DNA of 64,000 bases from Chrysomallon squamiferum. Lineage: Eukaryota; Animalia; Mollusca. Below are positions 1 to 14,770 of this stretch, piece after piece. Both the position numbers and the translations under genes were made by a program. Each line of letters begins with the position of its first letter. Within the stretch, counting starts at the first letter, position 1. The stretch covers positions 11,098,001 to 11,162,000 of the forward strand of contig CM022674.1 in NCBI GenBank assembly GCA_012295275.1, read 5' to 3'. The notes under the pieces are model-generated. The model did not search any database and was not told where the DNA came from. It worked only from the letters and a program-made list of their open reading frames with translations.

Positions 1-1330
1 TATATAATAAAGAGGTGTGTTATATTTTTTTTTATTAACTGGTAGACAGAGACAGATATATAGATATGTATGTAGACAGACATGTAGATCAAGGGAGGAA
101 GAGAGAGAGAGAGATTATAATTAGACACACACAGACAGAAACAGGGAAAGAAAAAGAAAACAAAATCCAAACAAATAATACAAAAATAAATAAGTAAATA
201 AAAAACAAATAAGACAATGTATTTTACATGTCTTGGCAAGTCTACAAGTGAGAGAAAGCTACATGTACAAGTTCACACTGGACTTTCCTCTGCAGTCTAG
301 ACACTAAACATGACTAGCTGTGTGGAATGTGGTCTTCAAGCGACTCAACAGCTGGTGCACCTCACAGTTAATCAATAAATACTTTCAAAGTCGGATTAGG
401 GGCTGATCAAAAATTACTTATTTCATTCCATCACATGACATCAGGCCACTGACCCATATGTAACTGTGTTAAATCTGCTAACATACTAACCAAATACAGA
501 ACAGAGAAGTTTTGTTCAGATTCTAAGTTGAACGGATTTTGAAAACTAACCCACTAATGAAAATATTTCAAATTATTACCAATTTAGAAAGATACCAAGT
601 GAATGACCCTGGTGTTGAATTTTTAACCAACTGGATTAATTTAAATCCTGTTAATATACTAATGAAATTTTCCCTGTATCCACAGAAGGTAAACTTATGC
701 TTTTTCCAAGTCTGTCTCAGTTATAAATTAAGTTTACATTCAGACTGTTTCCAATCCATTTATTGCAAATCTGTTAAAACAGACTGGAGGATTCAAACTG
801 ACTGCATTGTCACTAACTTGCTAACAAAATAACCCAAATGCTCTGACTGGAATACAAAACGTTGTGAAATAATCTGGTTACTACTAATCCAGTAAATCTG
901 ACACATCTGCTAACAGGATTACTGATTAACACTTTTGTTTCTCGCCTGTCAAACAACTTTCAAAACTTTGAAGTTTTATATTGATTATTAACTGGATTAC
1001 TGGTAATCCTTTTACTGTTAACTTACTAACAAACTAACCAAAGAGCATATCTCAAGTCTTATTGACAGGATTATTAATGTTTTTATTTCATTAACAATTA
1101 ACTAGTATTAGTAAGGTACTAATTGAAGTCTGAAGGAGCAGCACTTTGATTATTGCTGTTTTCTCTGAGAGGATTTAAGTAATGGCTCAGCATTTAGTCA
1201 GCAAATTACAGAGAGAGAAATAAAGAACAAGGAAATTTCACATTTGTTATAATCAAATAAAGAAAGAAGACATCAAGATGTAAATAAATAGCAAACAAAC
1301 AAACAAATAAATAAATAAAAGAATGAATGC

Positions 1331-1520
1331 ATAATGATAATAATAATAACAATAATGATAATGATAATAATAATAATAATATTAATAATAACAATAATGA
1401 TATTGATAATGATGATAATAATAATAATGATAATGATGATGATAATGATAATGATGATAATAATAATGATGATAATAATAATAACAACAACAATAGTAAT
1501 AATAATAGCAGTAATAATGA
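1331..1520. repeat. (AAT/GAT)n compound trinucleotide microsatellite
   Basis: Direct reading. Source of the poly-N/I/L ORFs. Confidence 0.95.
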
Positions 1521-1553
1521 TAGTGGTGATGGTTTTAACATGTTGACACTCAC

Positions 1554-1658
1554 CTTCAGGTTTCTGACAAACGAGGGGCTCATGGGCCAGGAACGTCTGT
1601 ACACGTTGTTCACATCCGAACGGACAGACCGACGTTTCACAACTGTATTTGGATACAT
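1554..1658 (-). CDS. Candidate alternative first coding exon for a short (DH-PH-proximal) isoform
   Basis: ATG-initiated MYPNTVVKRRSVRSDVNNVYRRSWPMSPSFVRNLK ending AAG|gtgagt (consensus donor). Phase 0, the same as exon 13101. CpG-rich patch with no obvious acceptor upstream. Confidence 0.65.
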
Positions 1659-3906
1659 CGAGAACAAATAATTCCAAAACACTGAATCTAAATCCACTCA
1701 GTCGCATTCCCAAAAGGCACACAAGGTTTTTTTGTAAAAGTCAGGCACCTCTAACTACAGTGAAAGTACTGTTTTAATAATTGTTCAGGAATTCGGGCAT
1801 TCAGTGGCAATAGGATAATAAAAAAAAAGTCAAAAATCAAGAAACAGTTGTTATTTTAGGCAACAATGCAGGCACTGAGTAACAGTTCAGCAGTATTGAG
1901 GCATCAAGTAACAATTCAGTTACAGTGTTTAAAACATGACATAACTGTCAAGGTAACAAAGTGAAGGCACTGTTCAAACGTATTAGACAGCAACCAATAA
2001 CTCAGGCACTATAATATAATGTATATAAGACAACTTTAGTCATAATATGATCTCAGATACACTTCACAGACTTCCTCAAAAAACTTCAGGCACAGGTTTG
2101 AACTTCAGTTAAGGCACGAACAGTTTAGACAGTTCAGAGACTGTTTCAAAAATAAGGCACCTCCTACAACGATGATTGGAAAAATAATTTTTGTTTTAAG
2201 ATCAAGATATTTAAAAATCAAATAAATAATTAAAATCTGATATGATAGTGTATCAATGAATAATGTGTTCACAAAGTCTAATTTAGTTTCAAAACAATAA
2301 TAATAAGAAATAACTAGCCTAATTTAAAATAAACTAAGAGAACAAATACAAAAGAAATTGAAGTAACTAATTAACAAAATAAATAAATAAATAACTAAAT
2401 AAATAATTAATCAGATCCCTTTTCTCAAAGGAAATTAGAACCAAACAACAGAATGTATGAAAATATAAAAAAATAGAACAAAAATTTTAAGAACTCTTTT
2501 AAAAATGAAGAACAAACAATACAAATAACTTAAAATTTAAGACAGAGATGAAAGAATCAATTTAGTCAAACCTCAGAAAGAAAAAAGAAAAGACTCCAAA
2601 TTTTCCAAAAAATCTCAAACAAATAAATGAATTTAAAACAATAACACTAAACCAAAGTCACGTCCAGGTTTAAAATAACAAACAAAAAAGAAAAAAGACT
2701 GAAAAGGCAAAACAAAACTAATTTTTTAAAAAATGTTTGAAAAGGTCTGGTGTAGACAAGGAAATGTAAATATGTTTCTTTGTGGCAAGATTTTTTTTTC
2801 TTAAAATATAAAAAGTAGAAGAGAAATGTTCAGTGTTTTGTGTGATGTGGACAGTGAAAACTGTGTGTGAGTTTTTCACACACCAGTCACACAGTTCCTC
2901 TCCTTTGTCACACAAAACTGTTTTACAACTTAGTTACACTCTCATTTCTTAGCAACCAAACTTTGTATTACCCTGCTGTTTCCTAGCAACCAAAACGTTT
3001 CTAAGAAAAATGTTCTACAATGTTATTTTTTGTTTATGTTAATTATTTATTTACTTTGTAATATACAGAATATTTGTACACTATTACTTATTTTCTCTTA
3101 TTATTATTATTATTATTATCTTCTTTTTTTAAGGCTTATAAATATTATTTTATTTATTTTTAAATGTTTTAATAAATTGATGTTTATTAGATGAGTCAAT
3201 TTTAGAAATGATGCTTCACGAAAATTAAATTAAAATAAAATATGTATTGAATAATGTTTAAAATTAATTTTATATGATAAATTAATTATCAAAATTTTTT
3301 TAAAAATCTATATTATTTAAATTAATGTAATAAAGAACGTAGAAATAATAATTTCTCAGTACTGTTCAAATTTCACATTAATTTTGAAATATTTTCTCAT
3401 TAGATAATAATATTCAAATTTTTTAACAAATAGAAATTTACCCAGAGTAAACGTACACTAATGGAGAAATAATTACAACTGAAATCTTTATGTAAACTGT
3501 GATGTCAGTTTTATAATTAATGCCTACTTAATTAGATAATCCTGCTTTAATCTTATCTGGATTAAGTAATTACAGCACTTAATGATCAGTTATGATGTCA
3601 AGGTATTTACAAATAAATTTACTCAAATTAATCATCAATGACCAGTAAGTTACTTTAAAGGTAATTTTGACAATTTAATTAATTATTTTTATTTTATTTA
3701 TAATATAATGTCATAAACATTAGTATTTTAAAAAAAAGAAGAAATTAATTTTTAAACAAAAGAAAAGAGGACCTTTTTTTTAAAGAATAATTATAATTTA
3801 TTTGTGAACATTTTTGTATAATTGAGAAGAACTGCACTGGGAAAAATTATTTTTAATTTAAACTGAGTTTTAATTAATATAAATGTTTAGGATGTAAGAA
3901 AGAAGA

Positions 3907-3909
<3 letters not shown>

Positions 3910-3973
<64 letters not shown>

Positions 3974-3999
3974 TTATAATAATAATAATAATAATAATA
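3910..3999. repeat. (AAT)n microsatellite
   Basis: Direct reading. Confidence 0.95.
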
Positions 4000-6023
4000 A
4001 AATATATATATCAGAACTCAAAGGTTTAAGACTGGTTCATGAATATATAATTTTCTTTCATGAATAAATCCTGGTTCATGAATACCTGTGAGTCTTTCTC
4101 CAACACAAACAATGCCTCAGTTATTGTGTGTCAAACAAAGATGGATGTACGAAATAAAGAGAAAATAAAAACATGAGACTATTAACACTGATGTCAAGTT
4201 GTTATGGAATAAAATGTCTGCCACTCTCTTCAAAAGAAAACTAAACACATAAACACAAAAAGTAAACACATAAACATTCACCAATTAGATAATAAAAAAC
4301 ATCATCATGCGTGTGAAGATTTGCACTGAAAACAATAAACTGTGGCAACAAACTGTTTGAATCATCAATCAAAACAGATTTAATAAACATCCATGGAACG
4401 ATTAGATGTCAAAAATCCACATCTCTCTGTCTCAACAAGGTGCAGTTGGCTGCAGTTGTCCTCAAACAATGAGACAGATTAGTAATAAACATCCACTGCT
4501 GATTAAATAACTCACATATCTCAACAAGGAGACGCCAATGTGAATCTGCATCCAACGTCAATCAACTGATCACAACACAGAGAAACCAGTAAGAAACTGA
4601 ACATTAAAAACAAAGAAAATATCAAATAAAAAAAAAGACTTTTAAACTTTTATAAATCACTGACTTTTCAAAAACCTCTCCAGCCTGCTGCATCTACAAC
4701 AAGTTGTAAATGAATTAACAAATTTCCTTCCACAGAATGAATGACTAACTGAGTTGGTTGTAAGAGATTATCACAGGTTTGAGAAGCGACACAAACAACT
4801 GACTTTTTCCTGCTGTTCCTCTTCCACTGTGGTCTGACACAGGTATGAAATCACAAATAAATCTGTCTGCAATCAGAGACCTGGCTACTGTTCCACTCCA
4901 GCGATTCACAGGACAAGAGGGAGAGAGAGAAAACCTGAACAGTTTATCCAACAATGAGTCGACATTCAATAAAGAGAGAAAATCTCTATAAAAAAAGAAG
5001 AATTTTCATTGTGCAAGGTTTTAGGAGTTCACACCTTTTACAAAGTTTATAATGTTATAATAGGGAAAACATTACAGGAAGACTGAGTCATTTTTTTCTA
5101 CAAAATAATAAATGACAATAAGAAGAAAATAGGTGATAATTAATATAAACAAAATGGCTATGTTCTTTTTTCAATTAACCCATTTGCTGATACAGGTGTG
5201 ACAAAACCTTCAACCCCTACATCTTATATAAACTCACCCAGATACATATATGAGTTTAGTCCATTATAGATACAAAGGGGTGAGAGAAATAAGCTAAATA
5301 TATCTACATCTGCTAAATCTGACATTTAGAATTTTGTTCTGTATACTGATTAGTTTTAAAGTGAAAGATAACAGAAAATATTTATGATTTTTCTTCTTCT
5401 TTTTAAAAAAAGAACAAACTTATATCTCTTTTTTGGGCCATTTTGAATTCAAGTACAAACCCATTATCTTATTCAACTGATAAAACTCACAGACATATAT
5501 GTAACACTTACAAACCTGACATGGGAAATATTTAAAGAAATTGGCTTAAAAAAAAGAAAAAAAAAGAATTTCCAAACATGTCCGTACCTCAAGTAATACA
5601 ATTCAGACAAATATTGAAAGAACAAACAAAATATTTTCTCTTCAAACTAACACTACGACAAGCCTGTCCAAACTTACAATCAATTCTGTAAACCAAAAAC
5701 CAGGTCGATCTTTTTCAACTGCCTTATCAGTCATAATAAAAACACAGTGAGCAGTATTATTTCATAGTAAACTTGTTGATATCTCTGTTACCTGGTATTT
5801 AATATTAATCATATTACATGAGTCAGTGTTGATACAATCACTAACCATAGTACCAAACAAAATAATGACACATGAGTAAAATAGTAAATTAGTAAGTAAG
5901 TAAATAAATAATAAATTAATTAATACTATAAATAAATAAAAATAAAAATTGACTAATGAATAAATAACTGAAATAAAAAAAATTAGTAATAGTAAATTTC
6001 AAGATGAAATAATAAATAAAATG

Positions 6024-6065
<42 letters not shown>

Positions 6066-6165
6066 AAGGAATTTCATGTAAAATAATAATTAATCAAATA
6101 AAAGATGTAGACACTAGCCATAAATAAATAAATAAATAAATAGATGAAAGAATGAATGAATGAAA

Positions 6166-6283
<118 letters not shown>

Positions 6284-6716
6284 AAATTTATTGGAAAAAA
6301 TCCAACAAAATTAAACACAAGCCCACCTCATACAAAAAACTCTCATGAAAAACACTTGTCACACCTAGTCACAGTGTGACACACACACAGTGATGATAGC
6401 AACACAATGATGATTACAGCACTAAGAAAAACACACACAGTGGAGGTAAACAGTTCCAGAAAGCCTGTGGTAAGTATGATTAACACATTTCTGCGGTGGT
6501 AATTTTTATTTGTCTTCTTCCACAGAAGACTGAACAAAGAGGGGATAATTCCGTACACAGATAATGGCTCCAGGGTACAAACAAACAACATACAGGTTAT
6601 GTAAGTGTGGATAATGAACTGGATTAGAAGAAATACAAGATGTTTATGTGTCAGGGAGTGTTCTGTAGTTGTAAGTCTTTTCAAATAAACTTATTATTAT
6701 GAACAGTTAGAACCAG

Positions 6717-6751
<35 letters not shown>

Positions 6752-7223
6752 TTGGAGGATTTATTAACATCATAAACACAAGATGACACAATATACTGTT
6801 TAGAACTGGAAATAATGGAGTTTATGAAATGATACCGGTTGGAACAGGAAATATCAATGCAGAAATACTGAACTTTTAACTAGTTAAAGAAAAATATGAC
6901 ATTTTAATGAGATATTTTAGAACCTCCCTAACAGACCTACATACGTATATATTTACATAATGTCATTTACTTCACAGGTAAGATTAAGCAGGTAATTACC
7001 TGAGTGTAACATGATTAGGAATTTACCTGGATTCCTTGTCAACTCGGGTGTGAAACAAGGTCAGTGACAAAAGAGTGCAGAATTTGAAACATGCTGAAGC
7101 ATGTGACTAGTGCCTGAGTCAATATACTGACAGACTGACAGACAGACACACATACACACAAATCATCTGTCTTTCTGTCTCTCTGATTATTTGTCTACCA
7201 ATCGACATGAATCGATCTATCTA

Positions 7224-7271
<48 letters not shown>

Positions 7272-10200
7272 CATGCATAATATATATATATGTGTATTTG
7301 TTTATTTGCATACACAGATTTTATTTTCTCATTTTTATACAACATATTACTGCTTCTTTTTAAAAAAACACAAAAAAACTGCTAAAATGTTTTGGTGAAA
7401 TGACAAAAATAATATGTAAAGAACTAAATTTACATTTGAGATTAAACAGCAATTTATTCTTTAACATGCATCACACACTATATGCTGTAAACTGCTGAGT
7501 CATGAGGAAGCAGGCGTGAACTCAGCAAGGTGATGTCACTGCAGTTGTCTAGGTGGGTATATAATATTACATATATGTAACAGTAGTGTGGGGAAAACTA
7601 GAAACACTACACAACTGTTATATTTAAAGTTGCATATTGCACCAGTCTCCTTTGTTGTACTTATTTTATCTCATCTCACAGTGATACAAATGATGCATTA
7701 TCAGCATCTGTCATGATAGAATTACTGATGTAAGGAAAGATATTTAAAGAAAACAAGTCTGTAAAAACAACTAAAAAAAACCAGCCAAAAAAAAAAAACC
7801 TGGACTAAGAAATGAAGAAAATAATGAATAAAGAAAGGAAGAACAAATAAAAGAGGAGGGAAAGAAAAAAGGTAGGAATTTAAGAAGAAAGGATGATAAT
7901 AGTAAGAAGGAAGGAAAAAAAGGAGTTACTGAGAGCAAAGAAAGAAAGAAAAGTGAAGAAAACATTTATATTTAAATTTGTGTACTTGACACATTTGTAA
8001 TCTGCAGTTGACAACGTGCACGTCATAGACGCAAACTTGTTTAATTTATTAGACTTTTCAGTTAGCAGGAAGAAATCATTCATGTGCACCTTCCCATAAT
8101 CTGGACAGGTTATCTGAGACATAGTACATTAGCTAGGACACAGAGTTGGAATTTATGAATAAATACTTAGCAACATATCACGAGATCTGATACGACTATC
8201 ATTTTATCAAAACAAGTAACAACACAAAACACAAAAATAATCATCTGTCATACTGCATTACGCCCTTTTCACCTCTTTCTGATCTAGAGTGACCTCCCCT
8301 TAATGATCTTTTGTTCTGGAGAGTTAATGTTCATCCTGGGTGATATAAGCTGGTGTTAATATCACAGAAATGTGATCACACATAAAACTCAGCTATTAAT
8401 AATTGACAGATCTTTAAACAGTCTCTGTTCTACAAACTCTGATATCAAACAGATCATGTGATTTAGTTTATTGTACAAATTATTATTAACTGTGTAGTTA
8501 CCTTTTGTTTGTGTCGTGTTTAGATGAATAAGAATCCTTTATTATTATTACCTGCTGTTGTTATATTACATTTAGCTGCTTTTATTATTATTATTTTCCT
8601 TAAAATGTTCATAAAATATTCTGAACATTATTTATTTCTTTTTTATAATTTTACAACATTTCTCATTTTTGTTTAGCAAACAGAAATTAGAATTTGTAAC
8701 AGACAAAATTTCTTATCAAATATAATTTTACTAAAAAATGTTGTTTATTGTCAGTTATTTACCACGAACAAGAGGATTGCAAGCCATTACAATAACAATA
8801 ACTTCAAGTAGAAAATATTTATTAGAGTTATCTACCCTGGAGGAAGTGAAGCAGAAGCCATTATTGTAAGAAGCAGATTAAGCTGAAGATTACTTTAAAA
8901 ATAATTTGTCTTTAAGTATGTGGAAGGTATTTGGCCTGCTGACAAAAATCAACATTTCTTTAGATGAAAATAAAAATAAAATGTCCTTAATTGACCAATA
9001 CTTGAAAAGAAACTGATTTGGAGTTGTGAAATGTTGTAAACAAAAAGATAATACTTATTTTTTTCACTTGTGTGTATAATAAACTGTTATAATGGAAAAC
9101 AGTGAATTCATATCTACTGTAGTGAATGTGGATTAATGTATTTTATTCACCCCTGTCATGAGTAATAAAATAAAATATGTGAATAACTACACGAACTGAA
9201 CACAAGGGTAATGGGCCAAAAGTAATCCGGCATAAGTAACTTGGCATTAATAATATGGTGTAAGTATTCTGGCTGGGAAAAGAGAGAATGTTTGACAGCC
9301 TCTTAATGCATCATTAGTTTGGTCTTTTCATCTTTCTTTTTATTTTATCAAGCAGATATTTCACTTAGAAAAAAAAAACTACAAGAAATGTGAGAGAAAA
9401 ATGTGACCTTTTGATGGACAGATGAATGGGTGTGTGTGTTTATCTGTGTGTGTGATGGTAGTTACCTATGTTGCATGTATCAGTGTATATATGTGAACTA
9501 TATCTGTGGGTGTGTTTGTATGTATCTGTTTTTAGTAACATAAATATGGTGTAAATGTTATATATATAAACATAAATAAATAAATATCAGTTCTTGTTCT
9601 ATATATTAAAAAAAAATAAATAAATAAATAAATAATAATAGTAGTAGTTGTTGTTGTAATACTGATAAATAAATTAATACAAAATAATAATAATTACAAT
9701 AATAATAATAATAATAATAAAATAAATAAATAAATAAATAAATCAGTAAATAAATAATAAAAATATGAATATAAAATAATAATAATAATAATAATAATCA
9801 TAATAATAATAACAATAACAATAATAACAAAAATAAAAGTAATAAAACTATGAAATGAATAATTCATACTCTGACTCTAGCAACAGGACACACTGTAAAG
9901 GACTCACAGACTGACAAACAAACATGTCTGACTGGAAGAGCTGATGACAAATTAATTACCCTTTTCCTGCAACACCTAGCTGTACTTGTTCACAGCCATT
10001 TGTTAAACCTCAGAACTGTCACTTTGTAACCATCCCATCATTGACAGGGACATAAAGGTGTGTAATATATGACATATGTCATGGCTAATTTTAATATTAA
10101 AGCCAAGCTGCCTGTTTGTTATTCAGATCAAATATTACCAGGGTATAAATATTCAGTGATGTTAAATGCACATTATTACTAAATATCAACAAGTTTATTG

Positions 10201-10532
10201 GTATTTAATTTATAAAACATTAAAAGAGTGATAAAATTAAATATAAAACCTGTTTAAGTCTTATCATGCAAAATGGACTGCTACCAATATATGTATACTG
10301 AATAAGATGTCATAGTATTGTAGAATAAAGTTATCAACTAGCAGCAAGATATTAAAAAAAAAAGAGAAAAACTTTACAATCTGGAAAACACAAAAAATGG
10401 ACTTTGATAAACTAGTTATTGAGAACTGGCTGGAACAGGAAATTGAAGCAACATCTGACAATGTCAAAACTATTTTTGTATATTTTCATAATTTTAATAT
10501 ATTTTAAATTTAAATTAATGTATCCCTGGTTC

Positions 10533-10566
<34 letters not shown>

Positions 10567-10964
10567 TTACTACTATTATTATTATTTATTAAAATATTAT
10601 TTATACTGCAGTAACAGACAGATCTGTCTCAACACTCTGTTTAAGCCTGTAAGTGTGCACCTCTGTAGGGTAATAAAACAAAGATCTGACGTGCATTATG
10701 CAGTATATGTCACAGCACATCTATTATTTGTGCATACACAAACATCAAACTCTTTTTCTAAATTTACTGCCTTACAAATATGTTAATTTCAGTGTCTGTA
10801 TTCACAGTGTGTTTTTTCAGATGATGTATTATTCTGCATCTAGTACAGCAGATTGCTTTAATACCACTCATTCTTACATAAAAGCCACAAGTGCAATATT
10901 TGACAGGTTAATTGTAGCATACTTAATAATATTTGTTTTGCTTTTTATGTGAGTGTGTGTGTTT

Positions 10965-11022
<58 letters not shown>

Positions 11023-12973
11023 GAGTGTGTGCCACTTTTTAAAACTGTTCTCTTTGCAGTAATAAAATCAATCTTGTGGTAACAGAGCTAATTTCCTTGT
11101 TTCTATAATAAGTCACCTCACAGAGAACTCTTAATAAATCACACTGAACTCTAGACAGAAACTAAAACATTACTACTGACAACTGTTATTAACTGTAGCT
11201 CCAAAGTAACACCTCAATGCTAAATATAACATACATATCAGTATAAAATAAAAAATAGAATAGACGTGTAATTCACAGCTATATCTATACAACTACACTG
11301 ATATTAGTCTGAAACAAAATTAGAATAACAAGCTGGTAATTTCTTCAATATCCATATTGACATAAAACAAAATTATATCAAATTTGCAATTGCTTGCTGG
11401 ATATATCTACATCCATATTAATATGAGTAAAAATAGAAAACAGATTCATTTTAAATACAATATATGATGCAGTTATCACATTATTCTTACAAGCCACATT
11501 ATTAGCATATTTATCCATATTTATAAAGAAGTCATTAGCATAGTTATAAAATTTTATCAGCATTTTATATTGATTATCATATTATTACTTAAATTATTAT
11601 TAATATATTGATTAAAGGATGATTTAAAATAAAAATAATTAACATATTTATTAAATGGTCTTTAGGAAATTTATTAAATGATAATGAGTATATTTATAAC
11701 TGATTATTAAAGAATAATTAACAGAAATTTAATTAATTATAATACCTCTTTGTTACTTTAATAAAATTTAAAAAAAACACCCAAAACCCCCTACATACTA
11801 TTTATTCATTTAAAATATATATATTTTTTTGTAAGTCATAATCATAACCATGTATGTTTTAACTTCCCCTGTTAATTTTTATCTCTATAATTAGCATATT
11901 CATGAAGAAAAATTAACATTTATAACTAATAAATAAGATGTTAAGCTATGAAAGTGACACATGACCCAGTAATTCAAACTGACAATAAAGAAAATCTAAA
12001 AATATAATTCACTGATGGCCCAGAAACTGCTAACTGTCAATGGCAGATTAAGGGGTGGGGGAGGGGTGCACTTGAAACACCCCCCATTTCTCCTCTTGAG
12101 AACTTATTATCATCCATTATCATCATCAGTACCATCAAAATACCATCATATTAAAATTTAAAATCATTTCAGCATGAAAGGTGAGTTTTCTAATAATTTC
12201 TCTTTCATTTTTCCAATAGCAGAATGTTTCTACTTTCTGTCTTTCTGAGTCTGCCCTTGAAATCTTTTTGTGAGAAGCTGACACTTTTTAAAATTCAAAC
12301 TGCAGACATTTTTTATAAATGTTAAAAAGAAATCTTTTTATTCTGCTTCCTCCACACATATTGAGAAAAGGTTAATAGGCCATGGGAAAATTTGGGTATG
12401 TTACAAGGATGTAAAAAAATGTGTGTGTGTGCGTGTGTGTGTGTTCATAATTATATACTAAAAGGATGTATATATAAAAAATTGTTTGTCAGTGTCTGTA
12501 TGTGTATGTCTGTTTTGTGTGTATGTCTGTTTTGTGTATCTGTTAGTTTGTGTGAGTTTGTGTTATTTTTTAAACCTCTGGGGTCAGATATTTATAACAA
12601 AACGTGTAAGGTATATGTTTGTTTGTGCCTGTATAATATTACTTTGCTTTCAGTGGTATGTTGTATATTAAAAATATCTGTATAAATTAGTACTGGTGTC
12701 TGTCTGTGTGGGTGTTTGTTACACAAATACAACACACAGGGAAGTAATTTTGATAAAGGCAACAACTCCACCTGTTAAACCAGTCAAACAACACAGTCTC
12801 CATCCTTCCAAACCTAAATAAGATGTAATACTACAACAGAAACAAAAACACAAACAAATATACCAGTGTCTTACTTACCTTTCAAAAAGTTGTGATAAAC
12901 TGGGATGTTTTACAGAAACAATAATTCAACAATACACGATAATACAAAATAATCACGTAATAAAATAGAACAA

Positions 12974-13091
<118 letters not shown>

Positions 13092-13100
13092 CTGACTTAC

Positions 13101-13259
13101 CTTACTGAGAGGTGTGAAGAGCTGTGACAGTTTGTTCTGTGCTTTCTCTTTGTTTTTTCTGTCGTCTCTGAAGGTGAGGGTGCCGTGAGGGCTGGTGGAG
13201 GGAACGGCAAATGAATCGTCTATGGACAGGTTGGCCCCTCGCCTCCTCGACAAACTCCC
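13101..13259 (-). CDS. PLEKHG5: PLEKHG5-like exon, linker upstream of the (out-of-window) DH-PH region
   Basis: ttttttcag|GGG...AAG|gtaagt. Encodes GSLSRRRGANLSIDDSFAVPSTSPHGTLTFRDDRKNKEKAQNKLSQLFTPLSK. Phase 0 to 0. Confidence 0.87.
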
Positions 13260-13503
13260 CTGAAAAAACAAAACACCCAGCTTAACCAACAGTGTGACAG
13301 TAACTGCATCATTTATTTATTACTGTTGTTTTTCTGATTATTATCATTATTATTATTATTATTATTATTTTTATTATTTATATGGTACATTAAAAGATGG
13401 TGATTAATTTTTAGTAGATTATTTTTATGTGAGTTATTGGAATTTATATGGTATTTAACAATAATGATGATAGTGATGAAAATGAAGGTGATGATGATAA
13501 TGA

Positions 13504-13534
<31 letters not shown>

Positions 13535-14455
13535 TCTACTAAAGTACAGGATATAAAATAATTTTAGAATCAAAATTAGCTAACTGGGTTTTTATACATA
13601 ATACAAGAGCTTGTGGCATAATGGTTAAATAATTGAAATCTTTAGTTTATTTTTTTAATGTTATCAAATGTGTTGACTTTCCAACTTACCTTATGCAATA
13701 AAATATTTATAGCTAAACTTTAACAAATTTTAACCACAAAATAAAATTAATGTAGAATCTAATGAAAAAAAATTCAAGATTATATTCCTCTACAAAATGT
13801 TCAAATCCAAGAACAGACAAGAGCAAAATATATATGTATAAATATTTCTGGTAATTTACCCATATACTTTATTAATAGAGCTCTTGTTAGAAATGCAAAG
13901 TCTATGATATCTAAACCATTCCCATAAATACAGTAATTATGTTACATCTATTCTATGGGTTACTCCCACCAGTTCTATGGGTTACTCCTACTTATCTCAG
14001 AAAATAATATTAATGGATTTTTATCTTAGGTACTTATTCTACTGAAATGTTAGCTGTATACATATAAAACATGGAGAGAAAATATCCCAAGATAATTAAA
14101 GAAAAATAACAATATAAAATAAAAAATAAAAACCCAGTTATAACAGCCACATAGTATTGGTTTGTGATGGAGAGATAACAAAATTATAAATGAGAAAAAA
14201 AACAAGAACACTCATCAATGCCCCCAAAAATCAATTAATAATAAATAAAAAAAATAAACTACTAATTATAAAGCAGATAGTGTGTACATTTTAACTGGAC
14301 AGAAACCTAGATCAATACACCAGATTATTTTACATTAGCATATAAATAACATACAGAAACAGTACACTAACAGAAACTTCACAATATGTATAATATTAAA
14401 TATACACAAAAAAGTACATGCATAAAAGCAAAATGTACATAATATAGCAAGCTCA

Positions 14456-14499
<44 letters not shown>

Positions 14500-14722
14500 G
14501 AACACAAACATGAACACACACACAAACACACACACATGAACACACACACACACGCACACTCACACGAACACAAACACGAACACACACATGAACATATGCA
14601 CACACCTATCATAATCTCTTTAATAAAGAGAACTTAATAAATTTAGAAAATAAAAACACAGCTAAAACAGAAACGAGGTGAACAGATGATTTGTGTAAAA
14701 AAAAGAAATATTTATTATCTTC

Positions 14723-14770
<48 letters not shown>

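Noticed and set aside
1206-1546. Poly-L/I/N ORFs resembling membrane or prion-like proteins
   Set aside because: Trinucleotide microsatellite artefacts downstream of the 1553 donor.
7880-8122. ATG-initiated minus-strand ORF MSQITCPDYGKV... as another first exon
   Set aside because: No convincing donor before it runs into low-complexity sequence.
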